64,000 nucleotides of DNA from Okamejei kenojei. Taxonomy: Eukaryota. Position numbers and translations under genes: made by a program. The notes beneath the pieces are model-generated. The model made no database searches. It saw only the letters and a list, made by a program, of their open reading frames with translations, and was not told the origin of the DNA. Each line of letters starts with the position of its first letter. Positions within the stretch are counted from its first letter, which is position 1. This document shows, piece by piece, positions 12,401 to 21,129 of this stretch. The DNA lies in the NCBI GenBank assembly GCA_035221665.1, contig CM069169.1, positions 10,106,001-10,170,000 of the forward strand, given 5' to 3'.

Positions 12401-14839
12401 GAAAGTAGGCATGCAGGTGCAGCAGGCTGTGAAGAAAGTGAATGGTATGTTGGCATTCATAGCAAAAGGATTTGAGTACAAGAGCAGGGAGGTTCTACTG
12501 CAGTTGTACAGGGTCTTGGTGAGGCCACACCTGGAGTATTGCGTACAGTTTTGGTCTCCTAATCTGAGGAAAGACATTCTTGCCATAGAGGGAGTACAGA
12601 GAAGGTTCACCAGACTGATTCCTGGGATGGCACGACTTCCATATGAAGAAAGACTGGATAGACTCGGCTTGTACTCGCTGGAATTTAGAAGATTGAGGGG
12701 TGATCTCATAGAGACTTACAAAATTCTTAAGCGGTTGGACAGGCTAGAGGCAGGAAGATTGTTCCCGATGTTGGGGAAGTCCAGGACAAGGGGTCACAGT
12801 TTAAGGATAAGGGGGAAGTCTTTTAGGACTGAGATGAGAAAATCGTTTTTCACACAGAGAGTGGTGAATCTGTGGAATTCTCTGCCACAGAAGGTAGTTG
12901 AGGCCAGTTCGTTGGCCATATTTAAGAGGGAGTTGGATGTGGCCCTTGTGGCTGAAGGGATCAGGGGGTATGGAGAGAAGGCAGGTACAGGATACTGAGT
13001 TGGATGATCAGCCATGATCATATTGAATGGCGGTGCAGGCTCGAAGGACCGAATGGCCTGCTCCTGCACCTAATTTCTATGTTTCTATGTTTTTAAACTA
13101 TATGTTCTTGGGAAGTAGACACACGGAACTGCAGATGCTGGTCTGAAAAAGGATCCCAACACGAAACGTCACCTATCCATATTCTACAGAGTTGCTGCTG
13201 ACCCACTGCGTTACTCCAGCACTTTGTAAACCAGCTACTGCAGTTCCTTGTATCTACATGTACACATGACCACGTTGGGATCAGATAGGAGCGGATATTG
13301 GGGAAGGGTTGGGGTACAGGCAGTAGTGACGTGAAATAAATAACTGGTTCGCCACCAAAGAAATGTGGAACAGGTTAGGCTACTGGAGAGATAATCCCGA
13401 GACTGATAATACATGTCATGAGAATAAATCCCACAGCATTTGTGGAAATTAAGTTAAATTCAATAAATGTTTTTTTTTGAAAAGCCGTTTGTCGTAATGG
13501 TGAGCATGAAGCTACTGGATTATTATTAGAGGTCTCAGATACCCTTCAGGTATCATCCTTATCTCGCCTTTGTGTGACTTGAGATCAACAGCAACGTGGT
13601 TGAACGTCCCTCTGACAAGGCCAGCAAGGGCTGTAGTTTGCAACAGTTGGTGGGGATGGGCACCAAATGCCAGCGATACCCGCCACACCCACCCACCCGC
13701 CATGAATGAATACACGTAACTGCAACTTCAAGTAGCTTAATCCTGTGTCATGGTCCGTGAAGCTCTGCTCTTGTCCCTTTCTAGAAAGGTCCGCCGACCC
13801 AGCGTCCAGCAGCAGCGTGGAGAGGGTCAGTCTCGTGCTCTTTCTCGGGGGCTGCACATTCTCGGAAATCGCTGCCCTGAGGTTCCTGGGCAAAGAGAAA
13901 GGTAACGCGAGATGATGGAAACGTGGTGGGCGCTGCCAGAGTACAGGATCTATAGATTTAAATAATTCCCAGAAGAATCACAGATGCCCTGTGCGAAACA
14001 TTTTTCAACACGTTGAATTGTTATGATTGGGAACACAGTGCCTGAAAGGGCAATTGTAAACTAATTCAATAGGACTTTAGAGCCATAGCTTCACAGAAAT
14101 AAGCACTTTGGCCCAATTCATCCATGCTTCCAAGATGTTCCATTTGCCCGCTTTTGGGCCATATCCTCTAAACCGTACCTATCAGTCCAGTCTTTTAAAG
14201 GCTGTTATAGCTCCTTCCTCAGCTACCTCTGAAAGCTCGTCCCGTGTATCCGCAACCCTGAAGCTACATGGGATTTGGGGTGTGGCATTATTTGGTTAAC
14301 TCTTCAAAAGGTCAGCATGAGTAGGATGGACTGAATATCCTCCCAGTCGCTACATAATAAGTGAAGCACAGTGTTGGAGGAGGGGGGGGATGATATCACT
14401 ATTACCACCCCTATCTATCAACCAGTGGTTCCTACTCATAGATTCATAAAGTCATACAGCACGGAAACAAGCCCTTCGGCCCAACACATCCATGCAGACT
14501 GAGAAGCCCCATCTAAGCTAGTACTATTTGCAAATGGAAAACTGGAAGATGTGGATGTATGGATGCATGGCCAGGATTGGGTGCAATTCCTCAGCCTTTC
14601 CGAGCACTCCAGATCCAAGCTGCAAGCCAGGACCAGTGGACTGTCTGTATTCATGGAGCTGTGCTGTAACATAGCTCATGAACTTGACTTAAAGAGGCAG
14701 GGAAGAGAATTAAAATGGCATTTTGTGTTATTTTGTTTCCTCTGTTTTATCTTACACAGGATATAGGTTTGTTTTTGTCACCACGGCAATCACAAACAGT
14801 TTTCGGATGCTGGAATCTTTGATCGAGACGCACGTGTAA
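103..14839 (+). CDS. VPS33B: VPS33B (Sec1/Munc18-family vacuolar protein sorting 33B), 3' part: join(103..167,1648..1702,3167..3213,6670..6802,9406..9479,10292..10393,11659..11737,13785..13901,14760..14839); 5' exons lie upstream of the window
   Basis: Nine exons with AG/GT boundaries and consistent phases splice into ~250 aa ([11 protein letters not shown]...[22 protein letters not shown]...[35 protein letters not shown]...ETHV*), colinear with the human VPS33B C-terminus as I recall it. Confidence 0.96.
626..950 (+). mobile_element. tRNA-derived HE1/V-SINE-like SINE
   Basis: GCGCAGCAGGAGAGTTGCTGCC head, GCTGTCTGTACGGAGTTTGTAC core, (CTAAA)n tail. Confidence 0.8.
1122..1548 (-). mobile_element. 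CR1-like LINE 3' fragment
   Basis: CATAGACAATAGGTGCAGGAG tail and [21 protein letters not shown]. Confidence 0.85.
1648..1702 (+). CDS. VPS33B: VPS33B coding exon ([18 protein letters not shown])
   Basis: ttttcag| ... |gtgagt; 55 nt. Confidence 0.93.
1793..2085 (+). mobile_element. HE1/V-SINE-like SINE
   Basis: Same family motifs; GGGCCGAAGGGC 3' end. Confidence 0.82.
2240..2670 (+). mobile_element. Older Rex1-like LINE 3' fragment
   Basis: SGRRYR-like coding remnant and similar 3' tail. Confidence 0.55.
3167..3213 (+). CDS. VPS33B: VPS33B coding exon ([16 protein letters not shown])
   Basis: cttcag| ... |gtaagc; 47 nt. Confidence 0.94.
3545..3835. repeat. Purine-rich low-complexity tract
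   Basis: Strongly A/G-biased for ~290 nt. Confidence 0.8.
4009..4838 (-). mobile_element. L1/Tx1-like LINE 3' fragment with AT-rich 3' UTR and poly(A)
   Basis: 15-bp TSD AGTGCCG(A/T)GGATTCT at 3994-4008 and 4839-4853; minus strand encodes [20 protein letters not shown]...[12 protein letters not shown]. Confidence 0.75.
5579..6069 (-). mobile_element. CR1-like LINE 3' fragment inserted into the tail of a Rex1-like fragment (5292-6099)
   Basis: ORF 5674-5979; GAATA duplicated at both ends; the host (ACTTG)n tail resumes after ~6070. Confidence 0.88.
6185..6555 (-). mobile_element. CR1-like LINE 3' fragment (another subfamily) with an internal poly-C run
   Basis: Same subfamily as the + strand copy at 55160-55497. 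Confidence 0.7.
6670..6802 (+). CDS. VPS33B: VPS33B coding exon ([22 protein letters not shown]...KLVTDKAV)
   Basis: ccccag| ... |gtaagg; 133 nt. Confidence 0.94.
7370..7730 (+). mobile_element. CR1-like LINE 3' fragment
   Basis: TTCTTTAGTCAGAGGGTGGTGAATCTATGGAATTC...ATCACTTATGA end; related copies at 19144-19380, 22097-22212, 55908-56275. Confidence 0.8.
8128..8411 (+). mobile_element. HE1/V-SINE-like SINE
   Basis: A-box/B-box-like head GGTGCAGCGGTAG...GGATCGATCC. Confidence 0.8.
8433..8853 (+). mobile_element. ~420-nt TSD-flanked non-coding retroposon, possibly RTE-derived
   Basis: 11-bp TSD TACTCCTCCTT at 8422-8432 and 8854-8864; GC-rich body. Confidence 0.6.
9406..9479 (+). CDS. VPS33B: VPS33B coding exon ([25 protein letters not shown])
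   Basis: tttcag| ... |gtaagg; 74 nt. Confidence 0.94.
10292..10393 (+). CDS. VPS33B: VPS33B coding exon ([34 protein letters not shown])
   Basis: tgacag| ... |gtaggt; 102 nt. Confidence 0.95.
10459..10885. mobile_element. Cluster of Penelope-like terminal-repeat fragments with hammerhead-like cores
   Basis: Repeated GAACTGCAGATGCTG / GCTGGAGTAACTCAGCGGG / GACGTTTCGGGTCGAGACCCTTCTTCAGAC modules in both orientations. Confidence 0.7.
11659..11737 (+). CDS. VPS33B: VPS33B coding exon ([26 protein letters not shown])
   Basis: tgccag| ... |gtaagt; 79 nt. Confidence 0.93.
11803..11939 (-). mobile_element. ~137-nt non-autonomous retroposon with ribozyme head and (GAA)n tail (Ingi/Vingi-like)
   Basis: TSD ACTGCCCAT at 11794-11802 and 11940-11948; paralogous copy at 16906-17042. 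Confidence 0.85.
11886..11939 (-). ncRNA. Putative minimal HDV-like (CPEB3-type) self-cleaving ribozyme
   Basis: Minus strand GGGGTGG GA GATTGCA ACC TTCACGT GGT CCACCCT G TTTCGA CTAA TGCAATC = P1-J1/2-P2-P3-L3-P3'-P1'-J1/4-P4-J4/2-P2'; all helices pair and G1 pairs with U. Confidence 0.8.
12258..13090 (+). mobile_element. Young CR1/HER1-like LINE 3' fragment with an open 244-aa ORF2 C-terminus
   Basis: ORF 12264-12998 ([11 protein letters not shown]...[13 protein letters not shown]...RGHSLRI...[14 protein letters not shown]); TTTCTATG tail. Confidence 0.93.
13785..13901 (+). CDS. VPS33B: VPS33B coding exon ([39 protein letters not shown])
   Basis: ttctag| ... |gtaacg; 117 nt; SM-family [10 protein letters not shown] motif. 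Confidence 0.94.
14760..14839 (+). CDS. VPS33B: VPS33B terminal coding exon ([26 protein letters not shown])
   Basis: acacag| acceptor; TAA at 14837-14839. Confidence 0.94.
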
Positions 14840-14923
14840 AAGATGCACCAGCCGTTTCTGAGCAAGACATCAGGAGAGAGAATGTACAGTGAGTGGAAGT
14901 TGTTGAGCCAGCTTCAACCTAGT

Positions 14924-14936
14924 AATAAAAAATAAA
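14924..14936 (+). terminator. Candidate proximal polyadenylation signal(s) of VPS33B
   Basis: Two AATAAA hexamers ~85 nt after the stop codon; a second AATAAA cluster near 16739-16748 is an alternative distal site. Confidence 0.45.
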
Positions 14937-16905
14937 ACAAAATCCCCCTCAACCCTTTGTGACTGGATGGAGTATGTCGGTGAAATCGAGTCCAGTTGTC
15001 TCAACTTCTGATGGAACAATGGACGTGCTGAGATTTAAACCACCACCACGGCCAGCTATTTGAATCCTATAAATTGGCTACTCAGTGTGAAGTAGTCAGC
15101 TGGCTTTACTGACCTAATGGCAGAGGGATTTGTGACTTCTATTTCAGGGAAAGCAGAAGGATTTCCAGTGAAATAACAATGCACTGCATTTACCTCAGCA
15201 GAAACCCTGGAAGAGCTGGATTTGCATTGCAATGAACAACGAAACATTGAGAAAAATATGGATCCCATTACATGGCCTCTGACATCAACTCCGCCATTCA
15301 CTGAGATGGTGGCTGATTTGATCTTTGTCCCAACATTCCAGCCTGATCCCATAATCCACGACTGCCCTATAGGTCATTGGAGCAGTTTTTGAAAGGATTC
15401 ATTCATTCATCTTCGTTGAAAACATTAGCGACACAGTGGTGCTGGTTTCCAACGGGAACGGTGACGGACACACCACACATCTCTGTCCTCCACTTCCTGT
15501 GGACTTCCGCCGCTGGAAGTATAGGCTTTTGGTGTGTGTGTGCTTTATCATCATTCGCAACTTCTACTGAGGTGCGGATGGCCGTTGGCTCGCTAGAAGG
15601 TCATCCGCCCTTTGACAGGTCTTGTTTTTGGGGGTCCAGAGCTCCCTCCTCACCTGGCAAGCCAGAAGGGGGAGACGGTTTAGTCGCCGACTGTCCGACC
15701 ATGGAGCAGGTAGCACGGGATTACATGGCACCCGTGGCGGGGGGGATCTCCCCCCGACCTGACCTGAAAAGGAGGTTTGGAGTTTGGAGATCAGGAACAA
15801 AACAACTGTTTATTTAGCACATTCTTTGCCAAAGTCTTGAATTACAGCCTGTTGAGAAGTCTTGGCATTGTTCCTTTGGAAAATGTACAGATCAGTTTCT
15901 GTGCAACAAGTCCCACAGACGGCAGTGAGATCATGACCGGCCAGTCTGGTTTTTATGGAGTAATGTGTGCAGGTGTGGGAGACTTTCTTGCATTTACTTT
16001 TGAACTGTGATGGGAAGGGAGCAATTTCACTAACTATTTCAACACAATGGGGATGGAATAACGAAACTTAATGCAGTCAGTATTTTCCACATATGTAAAA
16101 TACAACAAATCTTCCATGGTAAACACCCCGATATAAAAAATGTAACTTATCTAATTCAGAAAAATGTGCCAGACATTGTATAGTAACAAGGGGTGAGATT
16201 GCAAATATGTAAAAACAGAATGATAAATGAGAGAATTAAAGCCATTTGTTTCATCTGAACAGGGGCTTTCAATGAAATTATTCTAATTCCATTTTCCTTC
16301 TCTGAACTTTTACATTCCTCCTCTGCAAATCAAAGTTAGAACAATCTGAAACATTAAGAATACCAATTGCCTATTCTGTATCATACTCTCGCAAGTCACA
16401 ATAACTTAAGTTTCAATTGCAATGCTACCAACAGGAGTTATTGAGCAAGAAGCAAAGTGCTGGAGGAACTCAGTGGATCAGGCAACATATGTTGAGAGGA
16501 TGGACAGACGATGTTTTGGGTCGCCACAGATGCTACCTGACCCACTAAGTTCCTCCAGTACTTTGTGTTTTGCTTAAGATTCTAGCATTTGCAGTTTCTT
16601 GTAGTCTCCACAGGAATTATGTCAGTTTTAAGTTTCCACGGGCAAGGAACTTTGCTTATTTGTGCAAAAGTGCTAGCTTTTCGACTGTGAAATTCCATCT
16701 GGCACTGAGCTAAACTTATGTATATAATAATGTGTGACAATAAATAAAAAATGTTTTATATACTGTATATGACTGAGGGTGACTTCTGAAATTCAGTTTG
16801 ATCTATACAATATACTGTGTCCAAAGGTGGTTTAACCCCCACAATCCTTGTTTTTTTTTTAAATATTGAAACCCTTTCCCCTGTGGGTGTCTTAGTTTAT
16901 TGTCT

Positions 16906-17042
16906 TCTTCTCCTTTCGAGTGGCGTGCACAGCCTAAAGTTGTTGGACAACTTGTTCTATTTGATCTTCCGTTTGTGCACGTCGAGTTGATTGCATTAGT
17001 CGAAACTGGGCGGACCACGTGAAGGTTGCAATCTTCCACCCC
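16906..17042 (-). mobile_element. ~137-nt non-autonomous retroposon, second copy
   Basis: 14-bp TSD TTAGTTTATTGTCT at 16892-16905 and 17043-17056. Confidence 0.85.
16989..17042 (-). ncRNA. Second putative minimal HDV-like ribozyme copy
   Basis: Minus strand GGGGTGG AA GATTGCA ACC TTCACGT GGT CCGCCCA G TTTCGA CTAA TGCAATC; P1 has a G1/A mismatch and one U.G wobble. Confidence 0.7.
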
Positions 17043-17444
17043 TTAGTTTATTGTCTGGAAGGCAGCATCCCCGGCATTGCAGGACTTCCTCGGTGCAGCA
17101 GAGCGGCACTTCAAGGTAACCCTGCTACTGGTTGATGGAGAGAATCCCCATGTATACTGCTGTGATATGTTTCCATGTGTACTGGCTGCCTTCTGCAGCC
17201 TCACCAGAGTGTGCACTGTTCTTGCATAGCTCAATATTGTTAGGTGGCTATTCAACCCTGGCTTTTCCATCAACAACAATGAAACGTCTGTCATACTCAA
17301 TGATGAATCACAACGTGACATTTTCTTCAGGAAATTAAATATTTGAAGCTGAACACTTATGTGGTCCGGGCATGAACCTGACCTCCTCAGGAAAACTGGC
17401 AAAATCAGCCATTTTTCTGGAGAGTCAATAACTAGTTTAATGTG

Positions 17445-17750
17445 AGGCGGCACAGTGGCACAGCTGGTAGAGTTGCTGTCTCACAAGCCAGAGACCTGGG
17501 TTTGATACTGACCACGGGTACTCTCTGTGCAGAGTTTACACGTTCTCCCTGTGACAGCGTGAGTTTCCTCCGGGTTTTCCAGTTCCCTGCAACATCACAA
17601 AGACGTACGGGTTTGTAGGTTAAATGTCCTCTGTAAACCGAGCCGAGTGGATGAGAAAGTGGGATAGCATGGAACGCGTGATTGGTAGTTGGCATGGACA
17701 CGGTGGGCCGAAGAGCCTGTTTCCATGCTGTATCTCTATAACCTAAAATA
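17445..17750 (+). mobile_element. HE1/V-SINE-like SINE
   Basis: Same family motifs. Confidence 0.82.
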
Positions 17751-19407
17751 AAATAAAACAGTGTATGCTTGAGTTCAGTGTGTGCAAAGTAGACTGCGTC
17801 TGATATGAAATATTTAGAACTAAATTAATAGACTTGTGACGAAAATACCAGACCACTGATCCAGATTCACCTTACTCTATTTTGAAACAACCCTTTGTCT
17901 ATTAATATCACCGGTTGTATTTATAACAGGTCGTTGGCACTGCAAGTTGTTCAGCTGTCTCACAGCGGCAACAACCAAGGTTTAATTTTAACCTCAAGTG
18001 ATATCTATGTGAAGTTTTCATGTTCTCCCTGTGAATTGCTTCAGGTGCTCTGGTTTCCTTGTACATTATAAAGAGGTGCTTGTTTGTAGAATATAGAACA
18101 GAACAGCACAGGAACAGGCCCATCGCTCCACATGTGTACTGGACACCTTGCCAAGACAAACTACTTTCCTCTGCCTGCAACCGTCAGTTCGTTACTCTTT
18201 GTACCCTTCCATATCTCTAGTTTCCCTCTCCCCTGACTCTCAGTCTGAAGTTGAGCCTTGACCTGAAATGTTACACATTCCTTCTCTCCAGAGATGCTGC
18301 CTGTCCCACTGAATTACTCCAGTTTTTTGTGTCTTCCTTCGCTGCATATGAATCTGCTTATCTAAAAGCATTAGAAATGCCATGATCATCATTTGCACGG
18401 ACTGGAAGGGCTATTTTAAAAAAAAACTCTGTCCCGCAAATCTCTTTTAAACTTTTGTAGTTAAATGGTGCTGTGCATTACATCAAGTGTGTAGGTGGCA
18501 GGTGGGAGAATCAATAGGGTGTTAACAGGCATGTGAGAGAATAGCTTAGAGAAAAATAAGTAAAGGGATGGCAAACTAATAGCATTGAGAATTAGCTTTA
18601 GACTCGATGGACTGAAAAACTCCATGTTGGAAGGAAATATGAATGCAATATTAATTTGACACAAATACAAATGATATCCTCAACATATATTGCTTTTACT
18701 TCAAGTAATCATACAGATCGGAAGCAGGCTCTTCGGCCCACTTGGAAATGCTGCCCTAGATGCAAGTCACATTTCCCCACATTTGATCCATATCCCTCCA
18801 AACCTTTTCTATTCACTTCTCTGTACTAATTGTCTCTCGTTCATCTACAGTAATCAGTGCTCCCCTAATTCTCTCTCAGTTTCAGAATACTCAACAGAAT
18901 CTTCCTTTGTCAACTTCTGTATGTTGAAGGTATCAACAATAATTTATGTTTCATTTGACCTTTTTCCATTATCTGCAGAATCTGGTCAGAGCCTGCTGCC
19001 TTTTACTGATTATTTCTTGTTTTGTTTCTGGTTTCCTCTTTTATTTTATGCTCTGCATTTATGCATTTCTAGCATCTGCATTTAAAAAAAATCACAGCTC
19101 AATTTCCTCTTCAAAATAAGAAATGGTTTTTAAAATTATTTCACAAGATCATAAGTGATAGGAGCAGAAGTAGGCCATTCGGCCCATCAAGTTTATTCTG
19201 CCTTTCAATCATGGCTAACCCCATTCTCCTGCCTTCTCTCCATAACCTCTGACACCCATACTAAACAAGAAATCTATCTATCTCTGCCGTAAATATATCC
19301 ACTGACGGCCTCCACAGCCTTCCATGGTAAAGAATTCCACGGTAAAGAATTCCACAGATACACCACCCTCTGACTAAAGGGTGGGAACTTTGGAGCTCAA
19401 AGTGGCC

Positions 19408-19570
19408 NNNNNNNNNNNNNNNNNNNNNNNNNNNNNNNNNNNNNNNNNNNNNNNNNNNNNNNNNNNNNNNNNNNNNNNNNNNNNNNNNNNNNNNNNNNNN
19501 NNNNNNNNNNNNNNNNNNNNNNNNNNNNNNNNNNNNNNNNNNNNNNNNNNNNNNNNNNNNNNNNNNNNNN
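19408..19570. other. Assembly gap (163 N)
   Basis: Run of N between VPS33B and the PRC1 promoter. Confidence 1.
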
Positions 19571-20317
19571 GTCACTTTTATTTCTATAGCACATTTAAAA
19601 AACAACTCTCGTTGGCCAAAGTGCTTTACATTGTTGGAGGTTTGACTGAAAAATTATTAAGAATATAAAAAAAACATCGACTTGTTGCGTGGGAGAATCT
19701 CCTTTCTGCTTTACTTTCTCACTTATTTCTTTCTTCACTCTACACTCACTAGTCTATTCCCTGAGTTCCGACGTTCGCGCTACGTGATCACCACGAGTGA
19801 AAACTCGGGGTCACTCGTGGCCAACTCGCACAGTGAGACAGGGGTTTTACCCTTCACTAATTCTTTCTTTCTCATTTCTTTCTAAAAACATTTTTTTTTT
19901 TAAAAGGAAGTTGTACAAATAATGTTTTAATAACTCTGGGAACCTGTAAAAAGGTACCATTAAAATGTAATGTACTTACTTCTAATAAATAAATTATTAA
20001 AAAAAAAAAATAATAATAAATAATTAAAAAAGTGCTTTATATTGTTGGAGGTACTAACATTATACATGAATGTGCATGTAAAGTTACAGCAAGTGAGAAC
20101 ATGAATACTTTATTGTCACTTGTGACGAGGCACAGTGAAATTCTTTGCTTGCATACGCAATGTATACAAATCATAAAATGTAATGTGCATTGTGTCGGGC
20201 TCGGGGGGACTCGGGGGGACTCGGGACTCGGCGGGGCTCGGGGCTCGGTACTCGGGAGGCTCGGGGCTCGGGCGTTTGCTTTATCTGGGAGTGGCCGGGC
20301 TGCAGTGGGAGCGGGCC

Positions 20318-20452
20318 GCGCATGCGCCAACCCTGCCCACCCGCTCCCGCCGCCGCACGCGGCATCATCGGGTGATGTCATCGCACCTGACGTCAGGTGG
20401 CCGGAGCCAATCGGAGCGCAGCGGCGGTTGGCCGTTGGAGATTTGAAATTGG
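20318..20452 (+). promoter_or_regulatory. PRC1 core promoter: NRF1 site, CRE palindrome, CCAAT boxes and CHR element
   Basis: GCGCATGCGC 20318-20327; CACCTGACGTCAGGTG 20384-20399; CCAAT 20407-20411; TTTGAA 20442-20447; ATTGG 20448-20452. Confidence 0.75.
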
Positions 20453-20469
20453 CGAAGGAGCAACGGCCG

Positions 20470-21070
20470 CGGGACAGGAGACGCGAGCGGGCACTGGGAG
20501 ACGGCGGCCGGAGGGACCGGACACTGAGAGCGGCCGGAGGCCGGAGGGACCGGGCACTGGGAGACGGCGGCCGGAAGGACCGGGCATTGAGAGACGGCGG
20601 CCGGAGGGACCGGACACTGAGAGCGGGCCGGAGGCGAGCGGGCACTGGGAGACGGCGGCCGGAGGGACCGGACACTGAGAGCGGGCCGGAGGGACCGGGC
20701 ACTGAGAGACGGCGGCCGGAGGGACCGGACACTGAGAGACGGCGGCCGGAGGGACCGGACACTGAGTGACGGCGGCCGGAGAGACCGGACACTGAGACCG
20801 GACACGAATTAACGGCGGCCGGAGGGACCGGACACTGAGAGAGTGAGAGAGACCGGACACACCCAGAGACCGGACACTGAGTAACGGCGGCCGGAGGGAC
20901 CGGGCACTGAGAGCGGGCCGGACAGTGAGGGAGAGAGAGCGAGACCATCGCCGAGAGTGGGGCCGAATACTTAGTGTCGGGGGCCGGAGAGAGACCGGAC
21001 AGCGGGTGTAACGGCGCCCGGAGAGCGAGGCCGGGGACACTGAGAAGAGCCGGAGCCGGACACTGAGGGA
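20470..21070 (+). repeat. GC-rich ~30-bp minisatellite (unit ~GAGACGGCGGCCGGAGGGACCGGACACTGA)
   Basis: More than a dozen degenerate tandem copies between the CHR and the PRC1 ATG. Confidence 0.9.
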
Positions 21071-21115
21071 GAGGCCGGAGACCAGGAGCCGGACACGGGG
21101 AGCGGGGGCCGGAGG

Positions 21116-21129
21116 ATGGTGAGAAAAAG
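21116..21129 (+). CDS. PRC1: PRC1 exon 1 coding part (MVRK-S)
   Basis: gaggATGg strong Kozak context; AG|GTATGG donor in phase 2, matching the exon 2 phase; human PRC1 begins MRRS. Confidence 0.85.

Noticed and set aside
12264-12998. 244-aa ORF as a host gene
   Set aside because: It is the C-terminus of CR1 ORF2; many near-identical fragments occur in the window.
15490-15815. 146-aa ORF and GC-rich segment downstream of VPS33B
   Set aside because: No recognisable protein; probably a repeat fragment that I cannot classify.
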